The notes under the pieces: model-generated
The model's input: only the letters and a program-made list of their open reading frames with translations
Told to the model about the DNA's origin: nothing
The model's database searches: none
Shown here: one piece after another, positions 32,677 to 46,400 of the stretch
Numbering within the stretch: the first letter of the stretch is position 1
Layout of the letters: every line of letters starts with the position of its first letter
Translations under genes and position numbers: made by a program
DNA from: a virus
Lineage: Duplodnaviria; Heunggongvirae; Uroviricota; Caudoviricetes
DNA length: 64,000 nucleotides
IMG/VR virus record: IMGVR_UViG_3300028591_000088
Direction: 5' to 3' (one strand)

Positions 32677-35600
32677 TTCACACAATCACTCGTATTTAAT
32701 TGATTGATTAGTTCATCTATTATATTTTCCAATAGAACTATATCAGAGTTATCTAAGATTCCTTCTTCATCGAGTTTATTTCTTAAATCTCTCTTAATAC
32801 TCTTTAGATTATCTGCAGAATATACAATACCTTCATTTCCTGACATCCATGCTTTTAGTTCATCACTATCTTCATAGACATCATGACTAGAAACAAAGTC
32901 TTGTATTGCCTTATTTACTTCTTCTCCAGTATAGTTAGTCTTAATCTCCTTTTTATCGTCTGATTTTCTAGCTCCTGGAGCAGTCTTTTCATTAACTATT
33001 ATATCTCCATCATCATAGCGGATTTCATATCTGACACCCTTATCATTTGTGATTGTAAATGATGTACCATCACCACTTGCTTCCTAAGAAACAATATTTC
33101 CAATGTCTGGGTATTTGTCTTTCAAAGTCTAGATACCATTAATATCAACTCCTACTATAAGTTTAGTAAGGTCTCCCTCACCTTTAGAGAATATTTTCTT
33201 GTTAATTTCTTTATCAAGTTTTCTATCTACAAATGTAACTATTTCATCTTCAGAGAATCCATCTAAATGCCATCTTGATGTATCAAGCCCTAAAGACTTA
33301 GCAGCTTCTATTAAAGGAATAGTTTCAGTATGTACCTCTGCTTCTCCTTCGGCTTCAGAATATTCATCAAATGAGAACTCTAGTATTGGATTTCCCGGAA
33401 TTTTATCTATTTTAAATAGTTTTCTATTAGTAGCACAAGGGGCTATCATATCACTAGCTGTTCCTCCATTCTTTAATAATACAGGATCGATAAAGAATCC
33501 GTATTTAAATAAGGCTAGAGTATCTTTCTATTGATTATAATCAAAGTCATTATAATTTGCTTCGAAAGCTACTCCATGGAATATTAAATTAAAGAAGTTA
33601 TCCAGACGGCAGTCGTGATAGTAAGTTTCTCCTTCACGATTTCCTGTTCTGTATGTAAATGGATTCTACCCAATTATATCTGTCTAAGTAACAGATTCTT
33701 GTATAAGTCCTTTTACTTCTTTTCCTCCAATATTTGCCGTTAAGAAGGAATCTAATTCAGCATAATCTATATCTCCTTCTGCTTTTTCGTAGTTAAGATA
33801 AATATGATACTTACCTCTACCCTCAGTATCTTTTTTAGCTCTTTCTGATTCAAATGCATCCTTGCCTTTCAGCATTTTCTTATGCATATAAGAAGCAATT
33901 CTACAAAGAATAAGAGGGAAGGCTTTTACTCTTTCCTAGTTTGGAATAGGAATTACCTTACCATCATCACTTATAGTCAGAGTCTTACCTTTAGATTCAG
34001 ATAACCACTTTTCAGTCTCTTTATAGTTGATTCTTTCATTCTTATTAAGACTGGTAGTATCATAAATTTTATCTACTACATTGGTAAATAAATAGTCCAG
34101 CATTTGGGCATATTGCTCTGCTAAATCTGGATTTATAAATATACCATTTGTATTTTGAGGATCCCAATTTTTAACACCTTTATAATATCTATTACCTTCT
34201 TTTAACCCATAAATACGACGTATGTAAGCTCCAGTTCTATCACTCCAACCCACTCTAAATCTAGGTATATCAAGTCCCTCATTAAAGTCCATAAGAGCAA
34301 TTACCTTCTTCGCTTTGTCCTAATCTGGATAAGATTCTAACCATCTTCTGTATTCAGTATTAGATATTACTGGGTCTTTAGTATCATCAGAACCCTTGCG
34401 TTCAGCTTGTAATTCTTTATATAGTTGTGTATCTAACTTAGCATATTCAATAGTCTATGCACGAGTAATTCCTAGACTATCTTCATGTGCTTTAAGCGCA
34501 TTTAGGAAAGTATTAAGATCTGCTCTGTAATTCCATAGAGAAGCTAGCATACGAATACTCATAGCTTGCAAATTCTATGGGAAGGCTACATCAACATCTT
34601 TATAACTTCTTGAATAAATATCCTTGAATCCTCCTCTATAAAGAGAGTGGAATGATACACCCTCATTATCTAAGACTAACATTCTTACTGCTGCTTTAGA
34701 ATTTCTTCCTGCAGCTCTTTCCTCCTGTTGTTGTATAAACAATTTACCTAGCTGGTCAGGAGATAAAGTATTGTCATTAGATACAAATAATACTGCATGT
34801 CCAACTACTTTCTCAGATATTCCAGGAATACTTTTAGTAATTATATGTATTGGACTTACTACTGAATTACCAGTACGAGCATCAAATTCAGAGGTATCAT
34901 CATATAAATCTTCAAGACGTACACTTCTCTTCTGCTTAGGATCAGGTCTATTCTCTTCATCACCTTCATAATCGAAGTCTCCTTCTCTTAACTATATAAG
35001 TTCAGTACGTCCATTAAATTTAGGTTTATTTATTCTTCTTTCTGTAACAGAACCATTAACTAAGTTATTAAGTTGAATTCTGTAATGTTCAGCCTGAGCA
35101 ATCTATTCTCTCTTTTCTTCCGGAGTTAGTTCAGGATTACTATTAATACCATCAATCCAAGTACCAGGATTAGCAACAGCACCTAAAGTAATAATAACAG
35201 GACCAGAAGGAGTATTGATTCTAGCTTGAATACTTATAACCTTTCCAGGAATAAAATCAAGTTTATCCTATTTAAGAGTAGTTAGTCCAGTTAAATTATG
35301 AACGTCACTTCTATCTTCTGCAACTAGCCAGAATTCTGCTTTCTTTAGAGCATCTTTAGGAAGTTGTCTTCTTAAAGTAGCTGGAATATCATAAACATCA
35401 ATATCATGGTCGTAAAGATAAAGACTCTTAATGTAGTTAAGTTCTCTAACTCTTTGTCTTATTTCGTCTGTACCAACTGCTATAGGTTTATCTGGATTTA
35501 GCATTCCAAATATACCTAAGTCACGTACAGGACCACGAGTATTAACTTTATATGTCTTTCCATCCTTAGTTACATTACCTATAAAGGCAACATTACCGTA

Positions 35601-38600
35601 GGCTCTATATCCAACAGGATTTAGTTTTTCTCCTTCTAAAAGTGGAACAGCCTCAGCTTCCTTTTTCTCTTCTTCAGTATTATTTTCTTCTCCTGGGTCT
35701 TCTAACTCTTCTTCCTCTTCTTCCTCTTCAGTCTCTTCTTCCTTCTTGGGTTCTTCCGCAGGTTTAATACTTTCTAGTAAACCTTCTATATAAGAAGTTC
35801 TTCCATCTATAAAGTCTTGAACTACTTCAGGAGAAAGTCTCTCATACTTAGTAGTATAATCTTCCTTTATAGGGTTAACTATATTAGTAAGCTGATTGTC
35901 AAGTACTATACTACCTCTTCTACTTCTGGAAATCATAGTATAAAGATCTCTTAACATATTAAGAGTTGCTTCCATACCACTTTCAAATTTCATCTTTCCA
36001 TCAGCAGCCTTAGCTAAGGCACCTCCCCAGTCAGAGTCAACTATTACATAGTCGAATTCTCTACCTTGAACAGCATCCTTATCTAAAGCAGTAAATACAG
36101 CTCCTGGATTAAGACTAGACTGAATAAAATTAATCCTATCCTTATTAGTACCTATATAAGCTACACTACCTGTTAGCTTAGAAAGATCTTCTGCAGATAA
36201 GGTAGATACTACTTTATCTCCTTCTAAGGAAGTTTCATTTTCAAAATAACTAAGTGGAAGTTTGTTCTTGAGAATTTGTTTTATCTAATCAAAAGTAGCA
36301 TCCTTAGTTGCATCTGATGAATTTCTAATTCTATCCATCATAGAAACTAACTGATTCTAATTTTGTACCTTCCAAATACTTTCATTTCTTAGAGAGAAAT
36401 TAAGTCTTGGAGTTCTAAATGCTAAAACAGCTTCTCTATTTATATTATATTCTTTACCTCTCTGATTTTCATCACCAAGTAAAGTAATACGTACACCAGC
36501 ACGTTTAGCCCATTCAGATATTACTTGTAAGTCTAATAAATCGACATGAGTTGTTTCGTCAAGAACTAAGTGTTTAGGTGCATCTTTAGTAATAAAATCT
36601 TCATCCTTTTTGGTAAGAATTTTAGGCTTCCATCCATCTAGTCCTTTACCGGTAGTGAATTTCTTCTCACCTTTATAGATAGATTTAATTAGCTCTTCTA
36701 CACTAAATGCCTTAGCCTTAGGAGCTATTTCTTTTAATCCATCTATCTAAGTACTAGTGGGACCTACAATCCAAGTGTCTTCGTCGTCATTAACAAGACT
36801 CTTAGCCTCAACACTTGTCTTACCGCCTCCTCCTAATCCAGTAACTATTTCAGTATTCCAAAGTACTGGAACATCATATCCTTTAGTAGCAGCTAATTCC
36901 TACAATACTTCTAAAGCAGTGTTAACTACTTGTGGATTTGCTTGTAATGCCCAACCTAGTTGCATACCAGGTAACTGAGTAGCAAGAGGCGCTATATTAG
37001 GATTATTCTTTATAAAGTCGAGTTCTTTTCTTAACTGTTCTGTTGGATCTAAAGCTATTAAAGATATAAGATAATTAAACTTATCATATGCAGTTAAATC
37101 TTTAAGTTCCTCATCAATATTAGAAGTAATACCGCTTAATAGAGCATCATCCTAATTAATATGGGTAACTAAATCTTTAATAATAGTTTTTAAATCCTTA
37201 CCTTCAGCAACAGCCTTTTTAACATTCTCATGGAATTGTCTTTCAAAATGGAATAAAGCATTTTCTTGATTAGGATCAATTACAGAGTCTTTTAATAACT
37301 CATGTTCAGTCATACTTGCTGACATAAATCCTAGTCTAGCTGTACTTAAAGCTTCGGAAGCCCTTCTTAAGCTAGCAGTACTATTAGCTTGATTTGCTCT
37401 TGATAATGTAATCCATTCATCAATTTCTTGAGCATATCCATTTAAAGCCATAATAAGCTATCCTCCAATTTTCTCATCCATTTCAAATAATGGTTGGAAA
37501 TTCTTGAAGAACTCTGAACCACCTTGTCTTCCTATATGGTCATTATAAAACTTATTAACTGCTTTATTGTAAGTCATTCCATCTTGTAAGTTGGACTCAC
37601 GAGATGAGGCTGCTACCATAGCAGTAACTATATTTATAAGTTTTTTAGCATCTTCCAAGTATTTGATTTGGTCTCCAGAAAGAATAAAGTCTGTAGATTT
37701 CTCTTTATCCATAAATTGTTGATGTATGGATTCAAGGGCTTTCTCTACTTCTACTGCAGAACTGCCAATCTTTGGAGCTAATTCTTTAACAAGTTCAATA
37801 GCTGGACTTTCCTCAACAGATAATCTTTCCTCTAAATCTCTAGCAGCTTGTAAATCTGAATCTGAATTAAATTCAAGATTAAGTTTAGTAAGCTTTGGCT
37901 CTAATGCCTTAAGATCAGATTCTACTTGTGATTTTACTAAAGAGTCAAAATAATCTTGATTCCAAGCATCATAAGTCTTAGCTTCTAATCCATCAAGTTC
38001 GTCTTTTAATTCTGCTTTTTTATCTGGATCGGCTTCTTCCATATAAGCAGCTTGTAGTTCTTCATACCGAGCAATATCTTGTAATAAGTCAAAGTCTCCC
38101 TCCATTCCAGTAAAATCTTCGAACATAAAGCCTAGTTGCTCAGTTAAAGAATAATCTTCATATCCCGTTCTATCCAGATTTTCAAGGGCTTCTTTTAAAG
38201 TAAATTTTGGTTTAGAAGATAATTTAGCATAGAATTTAGTAAGACCTGTTATATCAGTACTTCCTAGATAATCTTCAAACTATTGCTCTATTTGCTTTCC
38301 ATATTTAACTTCTAAAGACTCTTTGACTTTATTTACAAGTTCATCATAGTTCTCAGCATTATTAAGTAATTCCTTATTAATAGAAGTACCTACAATACGA
38401 GCTATAAGTCTATTTTTAATTTGATTTTGTGTTTCTCCTAAGTAAGCCATTAGGTAACGACGAGTACTTGGATCTATGAATGTAGCAGGTTTAGACATTC
38501 CTGTAGCTGGATCCCAATCAAATGTTTTAGCCTCATCCAAAACTCTTTGTAATTTCTGGATTTTTTGACGAGCATTAAGTTCAGCCACAGTAATAGCTCT

Positions 38601-41564
38601 ATCTCTGAGTCTCTTACTAAAGTCTGCTTCAGACTCTTCTTCTGCAGGAGTAGTTCTATTTACATAAGATTCAGATTCTTCGTCTTCTCCGGGAAGCATT
38701 GAATCTACTGTATACATATCCTCGTCTTTGAGAATACCTTCTTCATTAAGAGTTTTACGAATATTCTCCCATTGTGTACTACCTCCAGTATGCTTACTAA
38801 GAATAGCTTCCATCTAAGGTTGAAGTTCTTTAAACTTATCAAAAGCCTTATCTAAATCTTCTTCTAATTTAGATGGGTCTTTTACATATTGTTCATATGC
38901 TTTATCTATTGACGTTTTAAAACCTCCATCTAGCAAGTCATAGTCAACACCTAACATACTCCTAGTGTACTGTTTCTTAGTCATAGGCATAAATGCTCCT
39001 ACTAATTGTGGATTAATAGCAAAGAGCATTTTTTGCAGATATTCAAGAGAGTAATCTCCATTAAAGAACTTATCTCTCTCTAATAACATATTATTTAGGT
39101 CTTTTTCTGCATTTTGAATTTCTATAGTAGTCTTACCATCTCCTGCAGCAAGTTTTAGACCATTTATTTTCTATTCTTGTGCTACAATATTCTTAACAAG
39201 CTATTGATATCTTCTTTGATAACCAGTTATATAAGAGGCATCTTGAAGATAATCTTTTAAAGCTGTATAATTTTCATCCTATAGAACTAACTGTTCAAAT
39301 AGTTCATCTTCTGACTTAGTAAGATGATTCTTTTGAAGAATACTCTCAATTTGCTCTATAGATTGTGTTAAAAGATTATATACATAATCATTCTATGATT
39401 GATTATTTTCGTCAGCTGTTAAGAATACTGATTGTGGATTATTCTTTTCATCGTAAGTTTGAGCTGTTTTATAGGAAAGCTGAGTACTTCCAAGTTCTCC
39501 TGCTTTGTGAAGTCTAGTAAGTTCGTCACGAATTTCCTGTCCTTTACCTTGACGTAACATAAGAAGTAGTTCTCCTGTTGCCTATTGTTGTTGGAAACCG
39601 CCCTATTTTAGAGCGAATATACCTCCACCTACAGCACCTCCTAAGAAGGACATTAGATACCTATCTTTCATGTTCTTCCAAGCGCCAAGGTCTTTTACAT
39701 CGGTTATTCCAAACTCTCCGGCTATTTCACCAAGCTGCTTTACCATATCAGTTACAAGCTCTTCAGAAGTTTCCTCAAGACCTTCACCAAGAGCCTTACC
39801 AAAGAAACCTAGAGTACCTTCTTTTATTGCACCTTTATAGTCTTGAACTGCCTTTTTACCTGCCTATATACCCTTTAAAAAGTACTTTCCTAAGTTCTTT
39901 CTCTCGTCAATTACTGCTTCCTTTCCAGCTTTAACGGTTACTTCAGGAGTAATTTGTTTAAGTTGGTCAGTAATCTTTTTGGTTTCAGCAAGTACAGTAT
40001 TTCTATATAAGGCTCTTTCTGCTCTCTAAGCTGGATCATAGAATATTTCTCCAAGTCCAAAATATTTATCAACCGAGAACATTCCTACAGTACTACCAAG
40101 AGCAAGCATAGCAGCCTCTCTTTTAGATGTACCATGCTCTAGAGCGTCAGTATATACGTCTCCATTAGAGATAATTGCCATATAACCTAGAGAAAGGTCT
40201 TGAGCAAGTCTAGTTCTCTTTGAAGCCTACTTCATAGCAGGTGTAAGATATTTTTCTAAAGCAGCACCACCATAAGCAGAATTCATCCACTTATCTCCTT
40301 TTATAAGTTCAGCAAGAGCAGCTCTATCCTTAGCACCTGTTAGTTGTGCCACTCTAGACATAGCTATTTCACCTCTTTCTCCTTGAGTCATAAGATTAGT
40401 GGCTTGTTTAGTATATTCTCCTAAAGCCTTAGCCTTTGCTGCAGTAGCAGCAGCTTCATTAGCCTTCCATAGTTTAGATAGATTTTCAACAATAAATTGC
40501 TATTGAGACCATTGTAAAGCTACATCAGAAACAAGACTACCAAAGTTTTCAAAAGAGAACATCTTTTCTTTAGCATAATCAGATGTATTTCCTGTGAACT
40601 TGTTACCAAGTGCTGCTATATTGTTTACTAATGAAGATTCAGGAAGGTCGTTATCAAATAAACCTGCCATACCATAAAGCATTGGTAATGTCTTAGCTAA
40701 TTCTCTAACTACTAAGGCTCCAGCATAATATTGTCCAGCTCCAGGTATAAAAGCAGGAGCTATAACAGCTAAGTTCTTCATTACTGTACCTGCTACACTC
40801 TTATCTAGACCATCAGAGTCAAAGAAATCATATTGATTTATCCAAGAACCATCAATAGTAAGGTTATCAGTAAAGCTGAGAATATCCTTATTAGCAGGAG
40901 AACGTCCAGCTAAAGTTTCATAATAAGGAACTCCATTAGCATTTAATTTCTTTTGTCCTTTTGCATGTTCAACATTTCTTCCAAGAATAGGATCATAATG
41001 GGTTCCATTTTCATCATATGTTGCTAACACTAATGGATCATCAAACAATGAACCTATCCAAGCAAAAGGATTCTTAGTAAGTGCTAAATCATTTGGAGTA
41101 TAGTCTTTAAACTTACCCTCTTTATAATCGAAGACCTTTTCTCGTTGAGCCAGTTCTCTATCAGAAAGAGTTCTTTCTCCTTGTCTGTTTGGACCAATAA
41201 TTCCAGTACTTCTTCTTTCAGAATTATGTACTCTCTCAAAACTAACACCAAAAGGTCTTACACTATCTTTGGCTTTACGAAATGTATCAAAAAGTCCATA
41301 TTGATAATTATCTAAAGAACTTTCAGTACTAAATTCGCTAAAGTCTTTTAATTTCTATCTATAAAAGTCTGAGAATTTTTGTTTAACAAAATTTCCATTA
41401 CTATCCTAGAAGAGAGGATTTTCTCTAATGAATTTACTCTTTAAATACTCATCCTCTGAAAGCATCTAGGTGTTATCCAGATTCATTTCAGATATATCCT
41501 TAAAATCTGCTACAGTAAAATCTGGATTATTTATACTAGCAACTATAAAATCGTTCTTCTTCAT
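32673..41564 (-). CDS. giant virion/ejection protein D (2963 aa, code 15) with an SF1 helicase-like domain and hydrophobic segments
   Basis: Starts MKKNDFIVASINNPDF; TGLGGGGKTS, LVLDETTH, LLGDENQ, VQGREFDYV, LYTMISRSRRG; ends LNTSDCVK-TGA. Confidence 0.85.
35690..35765 (-). repeat. Glu-rich low-complexity linker (GAA/GAG repeats)
   Basis: EEPKKEEETEEEEEEEELEDPGEENNTEEEKKE inside protein D. Confidence 0.8.
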
Positions 41565-43453
41565 TGTTCATTTAAAATATCACTGCTTATATCCTACTAT
41601 TTATCCACCTTTCCGGACAGTAAATCTTGATAATTTCTCTCATATAACTGACCAGTAGAGTGTTTAACTTGAGCACCATAAGCAGAAACAGCTGCATTTC
41701 TATTAGGATTAAGGGGTATATAAATGGTACCTCTGTAAATGTCATCATAACCTCCTTCAGTAATCCATCCTAAGCCCCAATCATCTATATCAACTTCGTA
41801 GTTCTTATTGTCTTTGTCAGTACTTAATGCTCTAGACATTGTATCGGCTAAATCCTTAGTAGAAGTTACTTTTTCTACATATTTAGAATCCTTTTTAAAG
41901 TTCCACCTATCTGTAGTTACACCACTAACCATTAGGAACAATCCAAAACGTCTTGAATCTAAAGTGTCAGAACCAGATAAATATTGGTCTAGTCCTGCCT
42001 CTTTAAGTCCTCTGGCTAATTCTCTATTCCATTCTGGAGAACCCTATTCAGCATCAATATTACTAACTATCTTTGTATATTCATCCATTATAGACAAATC
42101 TACTTTCTTATTACCTTGTTCATCCATTGTAGTTGGAAGTATTGCTATATCTCCACCCTAATTCTCATACATAACATCTTTTAGATTTTCATATGGAATT
42201 GGTTGGTCTCCCATAGTAATACCTGCATAACCCTATGTAATTCCCGCTATACCACTAGTAGTAAGCATTTGCTGAAGACTCATATTGTCCTTAACATTAT
42301 TAAGCATAGGATAATGAGTACTAGGCATATTCATTGCATAAATACCTTCCTTAGTAATGATAGAAAGTTGTCTTTCCATTCCTCCTTTTTGTTCAAGCAT
42401 TTGAGTCAAAGGATTGTCATTCTCATCACCAGGTGTCTTAGTGTTAGATTTAGTATCTTTCTTGGTTCCATCTGTATTAAAAGAAGCCTAAAGGGTTGGT
42501 TCAAAGTGATATGTACTAGATGTTCTAGATAAGATAAGGTTAGAAAGAGTCTCTATGGGAGTACCTCCTGTAGAGTGTAAAGAAAGTAGTGTTCTTTCCT
42601 AAGGAGTAAGGCTATTATACACCGCCTTTAGAGCAAGTTGTGCTTGTTCTTTCTAATCTTTAGTAATAACTGAATTCTTATATAATCCATCTACTGTTAG
42701 GGTTCCTGATTCTAATGCATTAGTAGTCTAATCCTGTAATATAGCAAGCCCAGACTTTATAGCATCTGACTATTTAACAGTGTATCCTTCTATTTTCTTC
42801 TCTGATGCACCTAGGTTCTGGACAAGACTATTTACCTTTTTAATAACTTGATCCATTCCAACTCCAGTCATATTACTATATATAGAGTCCCCAAATGGAA
42901 GTTTAGTTTGTCTAATATCAAGTAGATCTCTATTAGTAAGGGCTCTATAATCTCCCTTTTTAAATTCATCAAGGGTTACAGCATCTATACCCTGTCCATC
43001 AGATACCATTATTCTCCCATTTCGATCTATTGCAATTTCATCTAAACTATTATTAACTACAAGTTCCTTACGAGCTTCTTCATAGTTCTCTTTACTTTGG
43101 GCAAGCATATTAAACTTACCTATATTATTAAGATAATAACTTACTAAAGATGAATAAGAAGGTTTGCCACTAAAAGAAAATAACGTATCGTCCTCAAACA
43201 TCTATTTAAAATCTTTGAGAACATACTATACATCAATGGGTAGTCCTTTTACGTTATCAAATACCTTAAGTACATCTTTAATACTAAGTTCATCTTTATC
43301 ACTTTTTGAAGAACTCTTTGAAGAACTATCAGAAGAGCCAGCAACAGCAGGAGCATAAGCCCCTGCAGTTGTACTAGCACTTGTTGGTATATAATTTACA
43401 GCTAAAGAAGCGAATTCGCCTCCTAATTGAAATTTTTGTACTTTTATTTTCAT
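41561..43453 (-). CDS. putative virion cargo protein E (630 aa, code 15)
   Basis: Starts MKIKVQKFQLGG, has a Ser-rich linker, ends DILNEQ-TGA with ATGA overlap. Confidence 0.8.
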
Positions 43454-46400
43454 CTTCTTCTTCTACGTCTTGAAGGTCTTAAATCCTTAATCATACTAAC
43501 GTATCTATCATTATCTCTGCCCCTAGCTTTTAGTTTGGCTATTTCAAGTTTTGTTCCATCCTTTACAAGAACAGTTTTATAACCTCCTCCAAACCAAGGA
43601 GTATGAAAAGTATCATATACTTTTCCAGCCCAAGCAGTAGGAACCTTTCTTAAAGCTTCTACTTTATATTCCTATATTGTTTTGGCAATAGCTTTCTTTC
43701 TTTCTATTGAAGTCTTAGGATCTTCATATTCTGCTTTCAAAGCATCATAATCAGGATGTAGTTTAATCATATAGTCATTTAAGAATTCTTCTTTAGTACC
43801 TAATGATTGTTCTCTAGCTAAATTAACAATATCTTGTTCACGTTGATATTTCTTTAATAACCAGTTAGAGGTATCAGCAAGGGCTCCCATTAAAATATTA
43901 TTATCACCACTTCTCCAAGCAGCTCTAATTTGTGCCATCATTCTTGCTCTATCTGCTATAGCCTTTCTATTGTCATCACCAACCTTAACATTATAAAGAG
44001 TATCTTCATTATCAATATTCCAAGATTTACCAGCTGTTTCAAACTGTCTTCCAGAGTCTTCCATAAAGGCCTTGTCCATTATATCACGTCCAACTCTTTC
44101 AGTTTCAAGAGCAGTAGCAAAGTTAGTTTGTTGGTCAGAACCTTGCTGCATTTGCTATATTCTTCTTAAATCTGCAAGTTCATTTTGACCATGCTTTATA
44201 CGTTCTTGCCATCCTACTATAGCTAATTTCCTATCTATAGGATCACGTAGTGGAGCCTAAGGCATTTCATCAAGTAAATTTTGATATATATTTTTATTAC
44301 CACGAAGTCCAAGTAAAGTTTTAGCAGCAACACTTAATAAAGTTGGATCAAATGGGTCTTTAAAGCGAGTTTCAACTACAGTATCTCTACTTCCTTCAGA
44401 ATCTCCAACTTTCTTGGTACCTCCCATATCTCCAGGTTTAGCTTTAGAAGCCATTTCTTGCAGAATTGCATCATTAGGATTTGTAGGAGAACTAGCTTGA
44501 GCAGCTCCATCTAATGGCTTTATTCTATAATATTTATCATCATAGTTATTATCCATTACATAACCTAATTCCTTTAACTTTTCATTAAAAACACTAAGCT
44601 GTTCTGGAGTCCAGTCATCTAACCTACCAAGAATACGTCTATCATCAGTTATCTAACTATAATAGCCGTCAGGTCCCCAATTTTGATTAACATTATCACC
44701 TGTATTTCTTGAAACTCCTTCAAAATCATAACGAGTGCCGTAATGTGGCTATATACCAAGAGTATTGAATCCTCCAGGTTCTGTAGTAAATCCATTACCT
44801 TGATTATAAGCAACTTGATATGCATGTGTCGTATAATCACCGGAAGCCTAGGCATTGAAGTTATTTCCAGCTTTAGTATACATCTAGGAATGTTGATCTT
44901 GCATACCATTTAACCAATCAACAGCTGCCTACCTATCCTTTCCTTCTAGACTTTTAAGTCTATTTATGATAGTATCACCATATCCGCTAAATACATCATT
45001 ATACCAAGTACCTGCGTTAGAACTTAACTTCACACCCTTTACCGCTTTAATAATACCTCCATTTCTTAAAGCATAAAGAATACCTCCAATTTCATGTTTT
45101 CTTCTTTTATGCTTCTTCTTTGATTGTGGATTAGGTTGTGCTTTAGGCTGTTCTATTGGTCTAGCAGCGTATTTTTCTCCAGTTGGATAAGGCTATACCT
45201 TAGAAGTTATATTATGTATATTTAAAGGAGAATCTGCTGGGAATATGTATAGTTTACTATAATCTCTCTTAGGAATTACAGGTTGATTTCTTCCAGAATA
45301 ATAAGCTTTATAAGGATTTATTCTAGTTAGAATACCTCTTATATCAACAGAAGGATTAGCATTTTCTGCTTTCTATACTAAATTTTCATCGCTAAACCAA
45401 CCTTTATGTTTATTTTGTACTTCTATTGTAGTTCTACCCGGTACCTCTTTAAAGGCTCCAAATCTAGTAGAAGTATTCCAAGGAGCAAAACGAGTTTGAT
45501 TTAAAGTTACTCCTTGTCCCATAAGTTCTTCAGTGAGAGCTTGTCTGGCTTTTGTCCCTCTTGTTTCTCTTAATTTCTTAAATGTTTCATCAGAAACCTT
45601 CTGTTTACCTTTATTTGTGTATATATAATGTTCAGGTTCCGTAGTTGTAGTAGTCTTAATCATTCCTGCCTTTTTAACTTTGGTGGCAACAGAACGTCCG
45701 TGACCAGTCATTATTTGTAATGCTTGTGAAACATTCTACCAGTCTTGCACACTCATACTAGATGGAGAAGTAAGTTTCATAATAGAATTCTTTATTTCTC
45801 CAGCATTAGCAAGACCATTAACTGTGTTTACCCACTACATCATTTTAGGAACTGCCCACATAAGGTTTCTTGCTATCTTAGCACCCTTTCCTACACCACC
45901 AAGACCAGGAATAAGTCCCATAACATCAGCAGCAAGTCCAAATCCAGCATTTTTAGTAGCATTCCATAGTCCAGCTCCATCTGCTAGATCAGCACCAAAG
46001 TTAGTAGCTGTACTTCCAAGTCCAAGAACTGCAGAAGCAGCAGTACCGTATCCAGGAACAAAAGCAGCTCCCATAGAGGTTATATCTGCTATAGTAGCAG
46101 CTATTCTAGCAGTTTCTGAATTAGAGAACTAAGAATTTTCTTCTTTTGTTTCTTTCTTAGGAGCAGGTTTCTATACTGGTTTAGGAGTATTAGCTTGTTC
46201 CCAAGCAGCATAATCAAATCCTCCACCTTGTTGTAAAAATTCTATTTTACCTCCTTCTTTCTAAGATGGAATAGTATATCCTAACTATTGTGCTATATAA
46301 GGATTGCTTGTATCAAGTACATTAGATTCTCTAATACCTTGTCCAGGAACATAATAAGCATAACGTCCGGTATTTCTATCAAGACTTCCATTTATAAGGA

